Below are positions 50,401-61,620 of a stretch of DNA of 64,000 nt, in pieces. Both the position numbers and the translations under genes were made by a program. Positions within the stretch are counted from its first letter, which is position 1. Each line of letters begins with the position of its first letter. The notes below the pieces were generated by a model, which was not told the origin of the DNA, did no database searches, and was given only the letters and a program-made list of their open reading frames with translations. This DNA comes from Phoronis australis (Eukaryota > Animalia > Phoronida). The stretch is taken from NCBI GenBank assembly GCA_002633005.1, contig NMRA01000005.1:704891-768890 (forward strand), written 5' to 3'.

Positions 50401-53400
50401 GAGCAAACTATGAAAATTAAAGCCATGTCTTCTAGTCAAAACTATAGAGTGTGCTGAAGGATAAGGGCAATGCATTATGGGAAGTGCTTCAGTTGTGATT
50501 ATTGCCTGCTTGTTGTACTGGTGAAGTGCATGGATTTAACAGGTGTGAATGAAATAATTGCAGTTGCAAGAGCGCACGGATGTTTAAAAGAACTACACAG
50601 TCCTCAATATGATGGCATGCCGTGCTGAGCGAGGATATTGAGAAAGAAACCTCAGTATACACTAGTCATTCCCAAAAAAAACAATTAATTTCATCAAAAA
50701 CAGACACTCGCAGCACGAATAAAAATGTTCATTCAAGGTTTCATCAGGATAACTGACCTATCGTCAGGATTTTGAGTGACGGCTTAACTGACCAATCAGA
50801 ACACATCATTCTGGACACACCTTTGTTTCCAAGCCACCATTTTTCCCCGACAAACAACACGTTGCCGGGTAAAACTTGTTTGTTTGTCGGCATTACGCAA
50901 GGGGGCAAAGCTTGCGATTGGTCAATTATATATAATAAGACAGCAAGTGTCGACATTCCAGTCAGGTAACATCCATGTAGTGAAATGAGAGTAGCAAGAG
51001 ATACAGGTAGGTCATCACCACAGTTTCAGGGTCACTGAGCTCTGCATGTTATTCAGAGAATCAGTAGCATGCTGGTCCTGAATGGCCAATGACTCTTTAA
51101 TGTGCAGTAATTCCTGTACAGGTTCTCTACAGATAACACTAACTGATTTGGCTTGGTTATTGTTGCTAACACAATGCCTATAGACGTTGCTTTTGTCTGA
51201 GGTGTGATGTTCATTCAGTCTGTCACAGAGGCATCTCTGTGCGAGTCCGAAACAGAATTCCTTGCAGTTGTCACATTCAACCTTATATACAACATTACTT
51301 TTATTTAATAAAGGGATAGGTGACTTCAGTTTACACAGTCAGCATATTTGAAAGTTTACACGAACCACATAGACGGAACGTTGAACAAACATGAACTTTT
51401 TTATTTATGCAGCGATTGTTAATCTTACTATGGCCAAAAACTGATGTAATTTCACCTGTTCAGATTCTGAAGACGCTTTTAATGAAGAATATGCATCCAT
51501 AAAGAAAGTTTTTTGCTTTCAAAAGTTTGCGAGTTTGTTTGGACAAGGCTTAGATGTATAAATGAGACGAGCAAAAAAGCATGTCTTTTCAGTTTTAGTT
51601 TTATGCAGTTTATGGCATAGTGAATGGTTGGAAATGTGCAATATTATTGAAATAACTACCTTTTCAGAATCGACACAGCCTGTGCATTGTAACGGACTGA
51701 ATTATATGTTTCAGTATGCGGAATACATTATACAATTCAGACGTACAGATGTATTTATCTGATCACAATTTTTGTCTTGCATTATGTACATTTCTGTACA
51801 TAGTAATTCGAGTAGAGACCATAAGACTAGAAAATGTGAGACCGCCAAGCATGGGAAACTAGCACCGGCATGAACGATATTGGCTACAGGGGTCATCTTC
51901 CCAACTTGTTGTTGGGCTATAGAATTGAGCAAGTTGGGAGCAACGGGAAAACCCCGTAATGGGGGGGAGGACTTCAACAGTTTTGTGCACTGAAGGACAC
52001 ACCTGCGCTATGAACTTTGCGAACGCCACAACAAAATTGTGACGTTGTCTTAAAAACATGCTCAAACTTGAATAATGACTAGGTCACTTCTAGCAGGCCA
52101 TTGCTTTTTCGGTTGGAGTCGGCTAGACGGACAAAAATTTGTGATCTAAGCAATATTAGAAATAACTCAAAATAAAACAAATTACAACCCAATACTTAGA
52201 AAAAAATCTCCTTTAACTTTTAAGTATATCAATTTGATCTTTGTCGTCATTTTTGCAAGACAGGTACAACTCCAAAATCATTATGTACATAAAATCATGG
52301 CTATCCACTTTAAGCCACTACAAAACATGGAATGGAGACAATTGCTCCAGAGACAAACCTTTTAGTACTTTCCCATAGTCACCTTCCCCTACAACTGTTG
52401 TGGTAACTCCAATGTCTCGGTCAAACGTGGCTTTGTCCAACAGATAAAAAGCTTGCCACTTTTCACCAGGAAATGGTGCGGCAACGTGTTTGCTGTGAAA
52501 ATATATTACACTTTGTAAGAAATTCCATGATGGCCATACGAACTTTCACACCTAATGATTCCACAATTATCGGAAAAACCATTTGCTGATTGCTTAAAAA
52601 CATTCAATAACAAAGCAGACCCAAACACTAGCAACTTATCAGACTACAATCATATTTTCAACGTATACTTTAATTATCGCGTACTTCCATTGCTAAGGAT
52701 CAAATTTGTAGGTAAATCTTTGAATAGACTGATGCTTATATTCCAAGATCGATGTAACTGCCACGAGCACGCATGTTTTTCCACAAACACAAACAATCAA
52801 ACTGAAACTGCAGTGACAACATTTAAAATTTTAAACAGCTCGCCTCAAAAATAATAATAACTGATTAAGACCTCACTAACTTCTGACGCAATGCCCACAT
52901 TACCTGATTTTTGAAATGTCATTGGTAGGGGAGGTGGGTGGTCTACTCTCCATAGCATGTACATGCCTTGCCAAAGACCCTAGGGAACTAGCGCCCCCTA
53001 CAAAATGGAATAGTGAAAGAAAATCAGCAATTAGCTCAACTAAAGCTTGCAACAGATTACATCTTCAACCTTCGGTATTCCACTCCAAAAGGCAAACGAA
53101 AGCAGAAACAAATTTTAATTAAAATTTCAAATTCTAAGTGTCACCTTAAGGATTTTACCTTCTGTCACTCTCACAACTTGCTTAGGTTTACGAGACTTCG
53201 TGTTTGAGCCATGACCCTGCAACAAAGACCAACACGCTGACAACAAGTGCTTCACATAATTTTTACCACAAATGGGATCAGATAACAAACAACTGTATCT
53301 CTACTGTTCACCTTTCAAGTTCATCATCAAAAATCTCACCTGTTTCCAAACAATGAACATTACTTCACTTTTTGTAAAATAATGAATTTCCAAGGTAGAA

Positions 53401-56400
53401 AATGAACTTCAAGGCAAACACCTGGGGTTTTCTGTCTTTTATAAGTGTCTATGGTCATAAACCTTGCAATAGGATCACAGCATGACAACAGTTAAGCCAG
53501 TGAAAAGCCACTTCTAACCTTACACAACATTACAAATATCTCTCATTTTGTTTCAACTCCAAATGCCAGCAGGTTTCCAAATCCAGATATCAATTTAGTC
53601 CATCGATTATAATACAATACCAGATATTAACTATAGTGGCAGGCTTTTGGAAATTAAGAAAATGGTGGGCTCTTGTTCAAGAAGAATTCTTACTGTTTTA
53701 GGTAAAATACCCGTGGTTAAGACACTTTTATTGCCCAAGATTGTTCATTTGCTTCAATCCCTCCCTAACCCCTCCATTGACATGACTCAAGAATTAGAGC
53801 GAGTTTTTTTGGCTTCATTTGGAATAGGAAGAATGACAGAGTTAGCTGAAATGAAATTGTACAAAATCAGGATAATGGTGGTTTAAGAATGGTTCATGTT
53901 CGTTTTTTATTAAGTCTTTGAAAATATCGTGGCTTCGTAAACTATTCACCTCAAATACCATACGTGACCTTGCAGAGGCAGTTTTGGGTAGCAATGTACG
54001 GTTGATAACTTTTTTAAAATGAGGGACACTTTCTTCCAAAAAATACATGAAGGAACAGAGAATCTGTTCTGGAAGCAAGTTTTAAGCGATGTTGTGCTCC
54101 TGTTTCAAATGTATGACAAAAATGAAAATATTATTTACTCTCCCCTATGGTATATAATTCAAAGATTAAAGTCGGTAGAAAATCTATTTTCTACAAGACC
54201 TGGTATTAAAGGGAAGTCTATCGTGTGTGTGATTTGTTTAATGCTGAAGGTTCTTTTGTGTCATACAAAGAACTCTGTAACAGTTATAACTTTCAACCTC
54301 CAATACTAGAATTCTATGGATTAAGAAGTGCAACCTTTGCAGCGTACAGGGGTCTTAAGAATAGACAAGAAAATATCTTTTTACCAAGTTTTCCAAGTTA
54401 TATTTAAAAAATTTTGCATAAATCACAAGCGGTAAATATTTGTAACACCTTAGTACAGACACTTCAGACAGCTTGTAAATATAAAAACGAGTGGTCACCT
54501 GAGATAGATATAAACATTGTTATAAATAATGTAAATTTTAGTGAACCTGATACATGGTGGAGAAAAGTAAATAAACTCCCCTTCAATTGTACAAAAGATA
54601 CAAAATTCAATTTCTTTCAATACTGCTCAGTTCACAGAATATTGCCAACCAATAATTAGTTGCATAAAACTGAAATAAAAACAAGTGATTTATGCTCTTT
54701 CTGTGGTGAACACAGTGAAACTTTTATCCTTCCGTTTTGGGAATGTCGTCTCGTCTCCGCTTTCTGGCTCCTGTTTACTGAACAGTTAAAACAAACGTAT
54801 CATGTAAATTTTCATGTGGACAAAATAACGATGTTTTTCGCTTTTTTGGAAAACACTCGGTCGGAAAATAATAACATTAATCTGTTGATCATACTAGCAA
54901 AAAATTACATATTTACCCAAAAATTTGCTAAAAACTCTCAATTTCCAAATGTTTGTAAACTTTATTAAGGTTACATCCTGAAGAAAATACGATACTTGTT
55001 GACTAGTGATTTAATGTTATTCTTTGTAAACGATGTATACTGTATTGCTTTATGTGACATGTGAATTATCATGCTAGAGTAATATAAAAATTTAGTCCAT
55101 CGTAAAGTGTTGATACAGGTCTTTTGTTTGCCATCAAGACTTTCACACCACTAACGTACCACAATTCAAAGAGTGACTAAGACTCAGTTTAGGTGAAACC
55201 TCTTGACTGTAAATACTGGTTAACATTCAAAGGCTTTTTCAGCAAATTTTTATCATATTTTTCTCACATTCCAAACAGATCCCAAAATCACAACAAAGAG
55301 TCTCAGAATTAACGACACTAGTGGTTCTAGTACTAACTTGTAAATCTTCTGACAAAGTACAAAGTGCCGCAAAACTGGTCAAATTTTTAATGAACTAGTT
55401 ATATACTGTAAGAAGCCTTAATCATAAAATGTATGGCAAAATCTCACAAATTTCGGACACAATTTGGGGGACACTATTTTTTCATTAAATGAAACACAGG
55501 AACAAAATCTGCTGGTTTGCCTGATCCAACTTTTGTACCACAGCTACTGAGAACAGACAATGTTTTATACAAAACTAAGGAGATTTCACTGCAGTTAAAC
55601 AAAATAAAACAGGTTTAGAGCAGTTTTTGAGGGACATCATAAAGCCTCTGAGAACATGGACAAATAATATCAGTTACCTTTATCTCCTGGAGTTTACTTT
55701 CAAGGAGTTCTGCTTCATCACGATAGTCAGCTTTACGGAGAAGTTTCAAGAATTCCGGCCAGTACCGAATTCTCATGGAAAAGTTTGCTGATAAAAGGTT
55801 TTCCATAGCCCGAGTATTCCCGTAATTTGTATACGCACACTCCAACTGTTCCTGTTATTTAAAATATTGGTCATGATGACTGACATGAAAATTCTGTTTA
55901 ATGCAGAATATGAAATTTCACAGAAATGAAAGTCTACCCAGACATACTACTATAAGCCTAGAGAAATCACATCTTTAAACAATACCATGACGGCGTTTTC
56001 CCGTTGCTCCCAACTTGTTTGATTCTATAGCCCAACAACAAGTTGGGAAGATGACCCCTGTAGCCAATATCTTACATGACTGATTAACTCCATTAGTTCG
56101 ATAATTGCTCTAATCTTCAGTAAGATCCTATCTAGCCTACCTTGGCTGTGCTGTTAAAAATAAAAGTTAGGTTATAATCTATTTGAACATAAACCAATAA
56201 CATTTCTGAAATCCTTATCAAATGATGATCATTTTTAGTTTTTGAATCGCCAAAATCACCCAACTACAACGGTTACCGAAGTTACGACAATCTATTCTTT
56301 CCGAACGGGCCAATTCGTTCTGGGTTTGACTGTGTTCACACATGGTCTGCAATAAGCCTGGTAGATAATTGGCCTGCTTGTTGTCATAACAGACAAAAGA

Positions 56401-58033
56401 CTGTGCTTGGCAGTTAACAAAGGAGCTAGATGTTATCCCACCGTCACAACCCTCTACGTCTGGTGAAGTCACTGAATGCGGGAAAACGCCGTCATGAATT
56501 TAAATGGCGTACTTATTTAGGTGATTTAAGTGATATAGGACCCTAGAAAAATGAACAAATTTGACCAACTTTGAACATTATATCTCAGAGATGAGTGATA
56601 AGATTCTTATGACAGTTTGGTAAACTATGCTTTGTGTACGCTCTCCAAACATGGACTGTTATGATTTTCATGAAAAAGAAATCAGGCAGCATGAAACGAA
56701 AACAAAATGGTAATTTAGAAAACTGTATCAGCATTTTCAAGATTTCATTTTAACATTGAATATCACAAACATTTTCAAGTCTGGTCTGCACACCACCTGT
56801 TGGCCACATCACGTGAATTAATGAAGATGAGTCTGAAAAGATTTCTGCCTCCGGCCCGGCGGACTCGAACGCAGGACCTTCTGCTATCTGTGCAGACGCT
56901 CTTAGCGTGCAGGTGGTATGCAAACCAAACTTAAAAATGTTTGTGATACGTTATATTCTTGTTTACTTTAGTTTGACTTTTATGACTTATTACAAACATT
57001 TTTACATTTGGTCTGCACACAACCTGTTGGCCACACCATGTGGCCTGATAATGTGGCCAACAGGTGGCGTGCAGACCAGACTTAAAAATTTTTGTGACCT
57101 ACATTTCCACTCTGGTTCCATAATTTAGACATTTAACATATTAAACAAAATTTGGTCATGATACTGGTACCATGGTTTTGCTATCAATGCACCTTCCTTT
57201 TTGCTAGATTTAACTAAAAAATACACTGTCACATGACCCAATTCAGTAGTGTCAGATTGATAAAAAGTCAAACATCAAATTTTACAGGAAGGCTTTCTAC
57301 TCGAGTCAAATAAAACTTTTACTGAGTTAAAGAAGCTTTGAACATAATACTCGACTATCTTCTCATTTCTAATCCTGAAAAATGGCTCGAAAGACTCTCT
57401 CACCAACATCAATGTGTTCAGGGGTGTGTCTGTTGTTGTGAAAACTTAAATTCTGTCTTGGTGTGAAGGAAAAATTGTTTCATGAAAAGTGAAATTTAAG
57501 ATGAGAGAGACTCCAAAAACTGACTTAAGTTTGCAAAAACATGCAGACATAACAAGGGATCATCTATGCTTCGATGAGATGTCAAAAATGGACTTTGATA
57601 TCATCAAACTCATAAGCATTTGTCAGTATCAAAATGGCTTATGTTGACACTTCACATGTAACAAGTAAAGTGATCCCAGCGCCACCTAGCAATGAACTTT
57701 AGTCGCCATAGTGTCACCCACCTTTAAATCCGATGTTATTTATATACCGAAGCTGATGTACTGGTTCAAGTTATCATCGCATTTTAGTTCAAATGACACT
57801 ATTCTCAGAGTTAACGTGGTGAAAATGGGGCTAAAACTGACAGGACAGTACAACTGAGATCTGCTTCAAACAGTGAACAAACTATATGATCCCTGGAACA
57901 AATAACTTACTACTTCACTTCGGGACAAGTGAATATCATCCTCCAGGTAACACTTGATGTTACAAAAAGTGATTCTTGAAGTAAGCTTACGGGTACACTG
58001 CCTAAGAGCTTTTCTTCTCAAGTCATCCTCCAT
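35431..58033 (-). CDS. Multidomain protein: CARD + IRAK/Pelle-like protein kinase + RING-like Zn finger + metacaspase-like (peptidase C14) domain + unknown C-terminal domain, 859 aa
   Basis: 16 coding exons (minus): 58033-57911, 55851-55678, 53216-53159, 52997-52904, 52492-52359, 50106-50018, 47980-47769, 46683-46466, 44778-44666, 42881-42777, 42178-42097, 41728-41609, 41028-40899, 40714-39939, 36947-36853, 35487-35431. Total 2580 nt; every junction is GT-AG and phase compatible, with no internal stop. Kinase motifs appear in order: GEGDYGKV, VVVK, E, HPYIL, HRDIAPRN, DLG, YSDPE, DVYSVG, C..PPQER. Protease motifs: YSGHG and IDCCY. Confidence 0.85.
36853..36947 (-). CDS. CARD-kinase-caspase gene exon 15
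   Basis: YVNLPESYSKSENYKLYTSWNKELENFNDLSE; gttttag / gtgagt; phase 1 to 0. Confidence 0.75.
37689..37817. repeat. 69-bp tandem duplication
   Basis: cagtctgttctccacc..gattgaataatgtgaacttttgccttgagaatg at 37689 and 37758. Confidence 0.85.
38024..39904 (+). mobile_element. Non-autonomous hAT-family DNA transposon, copy 1 (intronic)
   Basis: TIR cagtggcggatctac / gtagatccgccactg; 5-bp TSD cgtta (38019-38023 and 39905-39909); transposase remnant near 38510-38830: LKGLSV..KRDADIVEAYKLID...TNIEDIWVEWFQ...IQIPQQSRQQKDKTNV, resembling PRKRIR/ZMYM-type hAT transposases. Confidence 0.85.
39939..40714 (-). CDS. CARD-kinase-caspase gene exon 14 (metacaspase-like catalytic core, 776 bp)
   Basis: LVIFYSGHG...VLVVIDCCYAA...IQISSCGASEKS...HSVFSDALVSCL; ttttag / gtaagt. 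Confidence 0.92.
40899..41028 (-). CDS. CARD-kinase-caspase gene exon 13 (caspase-fold first strand and helix)
   Basis: NDNWFLLAIGGDTYQTVDPKNMFYRDAERVCNIFQHPAVCGM; ttgtag / gtaatg. Confidence 0.85.
41609..41728 (-). CDS. CARD-kinase-caspase gene exon 12 (RING-like finger)
   Basis: VGISVCPDSQCIFYCKGCLVNRFANPVFCPSHGEYNRAPI; tttcag / gtaagt. Confidence 0.85.
42097..42178 (-). CDS. CARD-kinase-caspase gene exon 11 (start of RING-like finger)
   Basis: DLMTMNDFKLFEESCKETCISCLMNPR; ttttag / gtaagg. Confidence 0.82.
42777..42881 (-). CDS. CARD-kinase-caspase gene exon 10 (kinase subdomain XI)
   Basis: NMWGKVSEKYLDAAIGCLKPPQERKTAVDLCNVLK; ttgcag / gtaata. Confidence 0.82.
44666..44778 (-). CDS. CARD-kinase-caspase gene exon 9 (kinase subdomains IX-X)
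   Basis: IMLRLLTLNSIDDIHRVLKDCENDW...WVDK continues DVYSVGL; tttcag / gtatct. Confidence 0.82.
46466..46683 (-). CDS. CARD-kinase-caspase gene exon 8 (catalytic loop, activation segment)
   Basis: IVHRDIAPRNILLDEKLNVRLGDLGWS...QAYSDPE...HDVYSVGL; ttttag / gtaggt. Confidence 0.92.
47769..47980 (-). CDS. CARD-kinase-caspase gene exon 7 (kinase subdomains III-VIa)
   Basis: EKESAHVKHPYILPVVAMC...SPYMVKGEL...MRLRITYQLCQAVCHLH; cctcag / gtgagt. Confidence 0.9.
50018..50106 (-). CDS. CARD-kinase-caspase gene exon 6 (kinase VAIK-equivalent lysine)
   Basis: AREKFRQLEVVVKTEWNDTGSRRSGKQFTM; atgcag / gtaaga. Confidence 0.85.
52359..52492 (-). CDS. CARD-kinase-caspase gene exon 5 (kinase Gly-rich loop)
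   Basis: ...TTTVVGEGDYGKVLK; tcacag / gtttgt. Confidence 0.88.
52904..52997 (-). CDS. CARD-kinase-caspase gene exon 4 (linker)
   Basis: GASSLGSLARHVHAMESRPPTSPTNDISKI; ttgtag / gtaatg; phase 1 to 2. Confidence 0.65.
53159..53216 (-). CDS. CARD-kinase-caspase gene exon 3 (linker)
   Basis: GHGSNTKSRKPKQVVRVTE; ttgcag / gtaaaa; phase 0 to 1. Confidence 0.65.
53606..55088 (+). mobile_element. 5'-truncated L1/Tx1-clade LINE with 14-bp TSD, antisense in the intron after coding exon 2 of the kinase gene
   Basis: TSD aatttagtccatcg at 53592-53605 and 55089-55102; frameshifted ORF2 C-terminus (SRRILTVLGKI.VVKTLLLPK; HRILPTN; LCSFCGEHSET). Confidence 0.88.
55678..55851 (-). CDS. CARD-kinase-caspase gene exon 2 (CARD C-terminal half)
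   Basis: EQLECAYTNYGNTRAMENLLSANFSMRIRYWPEFLKLLRKADYRDEAELLE. Confidence 0.85.
55986..56496. mobile_element. MITE with 18-bp perfect TIRs
   Basis: catgacggcgttttcccg ... cgggaaaacgccgtcatg; related inverted fragment near 51869-51950. Confidence 0.7.
56851..56906 (-). mobile_element. tRNA-derived SINE head fragment
   Basis: Minus strand agagcgtctgcacagatagcagaaggtcctgcgttcgagtcc; B-box GTTCGAGTCC. Confidence 0.45.
57911..58033 (-). CDS. CARD-kinase-caspase gene exon 1 (CARD N-terminal half)
   Basis: MEDDLRRKALRQCTRKLTSRITFCNIKCYLEDDIHLSRSEV; exon starts at 58040 after ctttcag; gtaagt donor. Confidence 0.8.
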
Positions 58034-61000
58034 GAACCCTCTGAAAGAATACCACCAAATGAATAATTTTTATACATCTCTCTAGAGAACACCAAGTTAA
58101 GTATGTAATGACTCTTTTCAAATCGTGGACACTTCGATCTTGGAACTACTCTTGATTGTAGATAAGATCAGTTCGCAAATTTAGATGTTTTTACTTTTAT
58201 AATTGGAAAAAACAGGTGCAATTTCAAAAGATGTTTACAGCGATATGGCTTTGGTTGTTTATAGCCACGGTGATGCATTATTTGCAGAAAACCTTCCAGC
58301 GTACATGACTTACAAGGATGTGTCACCACTTATCAAGGATGTAGACAACCTTGGTACACACGTATCTTAGATAAAAATTTCAAAAAAAAATTTAAAGTTC
58401 ATATACAATACCAGACATATGATCACAACTTATTGCCACACAATCAAGGAGTAAAATTAAGGAATAATTTGCCAAACTACTCAAGGCAAATTTGTGGATT
58501 GAAGCAGACAGTGCTACCATTGCTACTTAGCAGTAGAGAAGGTGGCCATCCCATAGGGCCTTCATACGACGGAAGCATTTTGGCAAATTATGCCTCACAC
58601 TAAGTAAAACATCAAAGTCAAGTAGCTATGAAAATGGAGGGACATCTTAAAAGGCCGTCAATGTCTTTAATTCCTTCCAACTTGAAGGAATACTCCCATG
58701 ATCAAACATTTTTCAAGCAGTCCTTCATTCAGTTGTCCAAACTGGCACCTGGCTATTTTTATACTGTTCGCGCTCACTCTCTAGGATTGAAAGAGGTCTC
58801 TCAATTTAGTTCACAAAGATTTGCAAAATAATATAATGGCCATGAAACTGGCAGAATACCTCCATAAACAGGAAAATACATCTTTATTCAATTTTATGAC
58901 CTTTACTCAGTTCTATACTCATGTATTATTAAAGTTCGTCATTTTTTAAACAAGAGCAACACAGCCCATTGAAATTACCCATGACTGCACTACAAACGTT
59001 GTGCTTCTAGGGGTGTTTATCTGCATCATAGAAAATGGTCATTAGATGGCACAGAATACACTGATGAACTCATCCAAAAATGGAAAGGAGTCATCGTCTC
59101 TCAAAACTATCTGAAGTTACATAAAAAAAATAAAATTGCCACTAGTGAGCACAGCAGCTGTAGTTGGATTGGTCTGAAACTCACTGTCATTTGTTGCCAT
59201 ATCCATAGGAACACACCTGCGAAATTTCTGAAAGATCTTGCAAAGGGTAAAGGAGATACAGGCCTGGACACAAAAAATTTAAAATTACCACTAAGGGATG
59301 CCACAGTAATGAACACATCTGAAAATCAAAGTTAGCCTCCGTCTTCTCATCAGGATCACATCTCCAAATTTTATGATTCTTCAAGCGGTTTGGTGGATGG
59401 AGAGGGTGATGTCAAAAATGTACTCAAAATTTTTTTAAAGGGCCACCGAGTGGCGCAGAATACGTCAAATCCACACGCAAATGAGAAACGGTCTTCTTCT
59501 TATAAATATAAACCTAGTTGTAAAAGTTCATGATAATAGAAACGGCCACTATACATCGAATCTTTCTGAAAATGGGAATCTTTCGGCCCTCATGGAAATC
59601 TACTTATTAAATTTCATTAAAATCTGCTGAGTTTCAGAGATACAGAGGACAACAAAAAAAAATGCCACTAGGGGGCACAGCAGCAGTGCGATCCATCCAA
59701 ATGTCGTCATTGTCCGTTTTCAACTTCATACAAATACACTTGCCAAATTTAAAAATGATTCTGCGGAGGATTTCGGAGATACAGCAATAAGCACAAAAAC
59801 GCCACTTGGAGGCACCACAGTAGTCCAAAAATCGTCACCAGCTGTCCTTTTCACAGTAGAAACATAAACACAAATTTTCAAAGTCATCCTTACAGTGGTT
59901 TGGTTGATAGAGAGGCCACTAGATGGTGCAAAATATATGTTGAATGCATCTGAAAATAGGAACATGTCATTGTTTCTTTATAGAAAGCTATTCACCACAT
60001 GTCAGAAAAATCCGTCACGGATTTTCAGAGAAACCGAGGAAAACGGAAAAAAATGAAATTGCCACTGGGGGGCACTGAGTTCTTCGGATCTGTCCGAAAG
60101 TCGTCGTCATCTGTTATAAACTTCATATACATATACCTGCTAAATTTAATAAAGATCTGGCAGCGGGTTTAGGAGATACAGTCATCGGCACAAAAAATAC
60201 AGAACTGTCACAAGCAGGCACCACAGAAGTAGAATTCCTCAGAAAATCATTGTCAGCCACCATCTTCACAGTAGGAACATAATTATATGCCAATTTTCAC
60301 AATCATCCTTAGAGTGGTTTGGTAGACAGAGGGGCGGACGCCAAAAACACACTCCAAAACAATAAAAAATGGCTAATAGGTGGCACAAAATACCTTGCGT
60401 CCATCTTAAAACAAGAGGGTAGCATCATCTCGGAAATAGATGCATATTTGCGAAGTTGAGGACATTTGATGATACAGAAGTAAATGTAGAAAAACTAAAA
60501 TTGCCACTAGGGGGCAAACCAGTAATCGGATCTATCCAAAAATTCGCTCATCGATGCTGTCCCATCCGTGAAAGGAACACATGCGCAAAATTTCATGAAC
60601 ATACATCAAAGGGTTTTGGAGATAGAGCAGCAGACACAGGATGCCGGAAGGACGGGAATGACAGTGTAACACGTGCACATATAAATATGTGGGCACATAA
60701 AAAGGTTTGGGCTCCGTTTCATGAAAGTTTAAGTCCCCAGAGTTTGATTGTTGTCATGACATCAACAACATTGTTTAACAAACGCAATGTGTCTTTCCAG
60801 ACTTATATCAAGGAGTGCAGTACGATAGGAGTGTTCACTGGTGAGTTCGCTGTAATCGCTACTACTAGTGCCACCAAGTAGCAAATAAGTAATGGTCAAG
60901 TACAAACCGTGGGAACAGTGGGGAAGGGTGCCTTTTACAGCACAATTAATTGCATAAATTGATCACGAAAACACCAGAACTGTCATTTTTACGTTTCCTA

Positions 61001-61620
61001 AGGATCCTGAAAGGCAAGGACTATTTGTTATTCAATATGATAAATTGTCCTTCATTTTGTGTCAAAATGTCAACATCGATATCACTCGAACAATCGCAGG
61101 GATAATTTTAGAAATAATTACCCATGGCCATTGGCCTTGATGACTGGTGACAGCCACAGTCACAGAGCCTAAATCCATGTATGAGTCAAGTTAGAGAATC
61201 TGCGGGTCTCGGTGAAAAAAATTGACATAATTTTAATGTGCCAGGTAACGGCCCAAGTTAAGCAACACCAGTACATCAATGAAAACTTCTATTCGCCAAT
61301 GGCTGGGGATGCGGGACGCGGCCTTAAAAATTATCCCCGGATCAACTCTTGTAATGAAAAGTTTGAAAATACCCAGGATGGTACTGACATAACCACATGG
61401 CCAGTGGTCATTACAAGAAGTCCTTGGGGACAGGCACAAAACCAGGCCAAATCTCATCTCCACCTCAACACATGTTGCCAATGGTCAGAGTGATCTAGCG
61501 ACCAAAATTTATGATCGGAGGGACTCAACACCCAAGTGGCACACCTCTTGGTTTTCACCAGTTTTGCAGTCTTAGCACGTACCCTCTGGGGGATCAACAC
61601 CCACTTGCCGCACATCTGTT

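Noticed and set aside
59400-60900. ORF 60456-60881 and repeated gccactagggggca motifs
   Set aside because: Looks like an internally repetitive interspersed element; no protein motif recognised and boundaries could not be defined.
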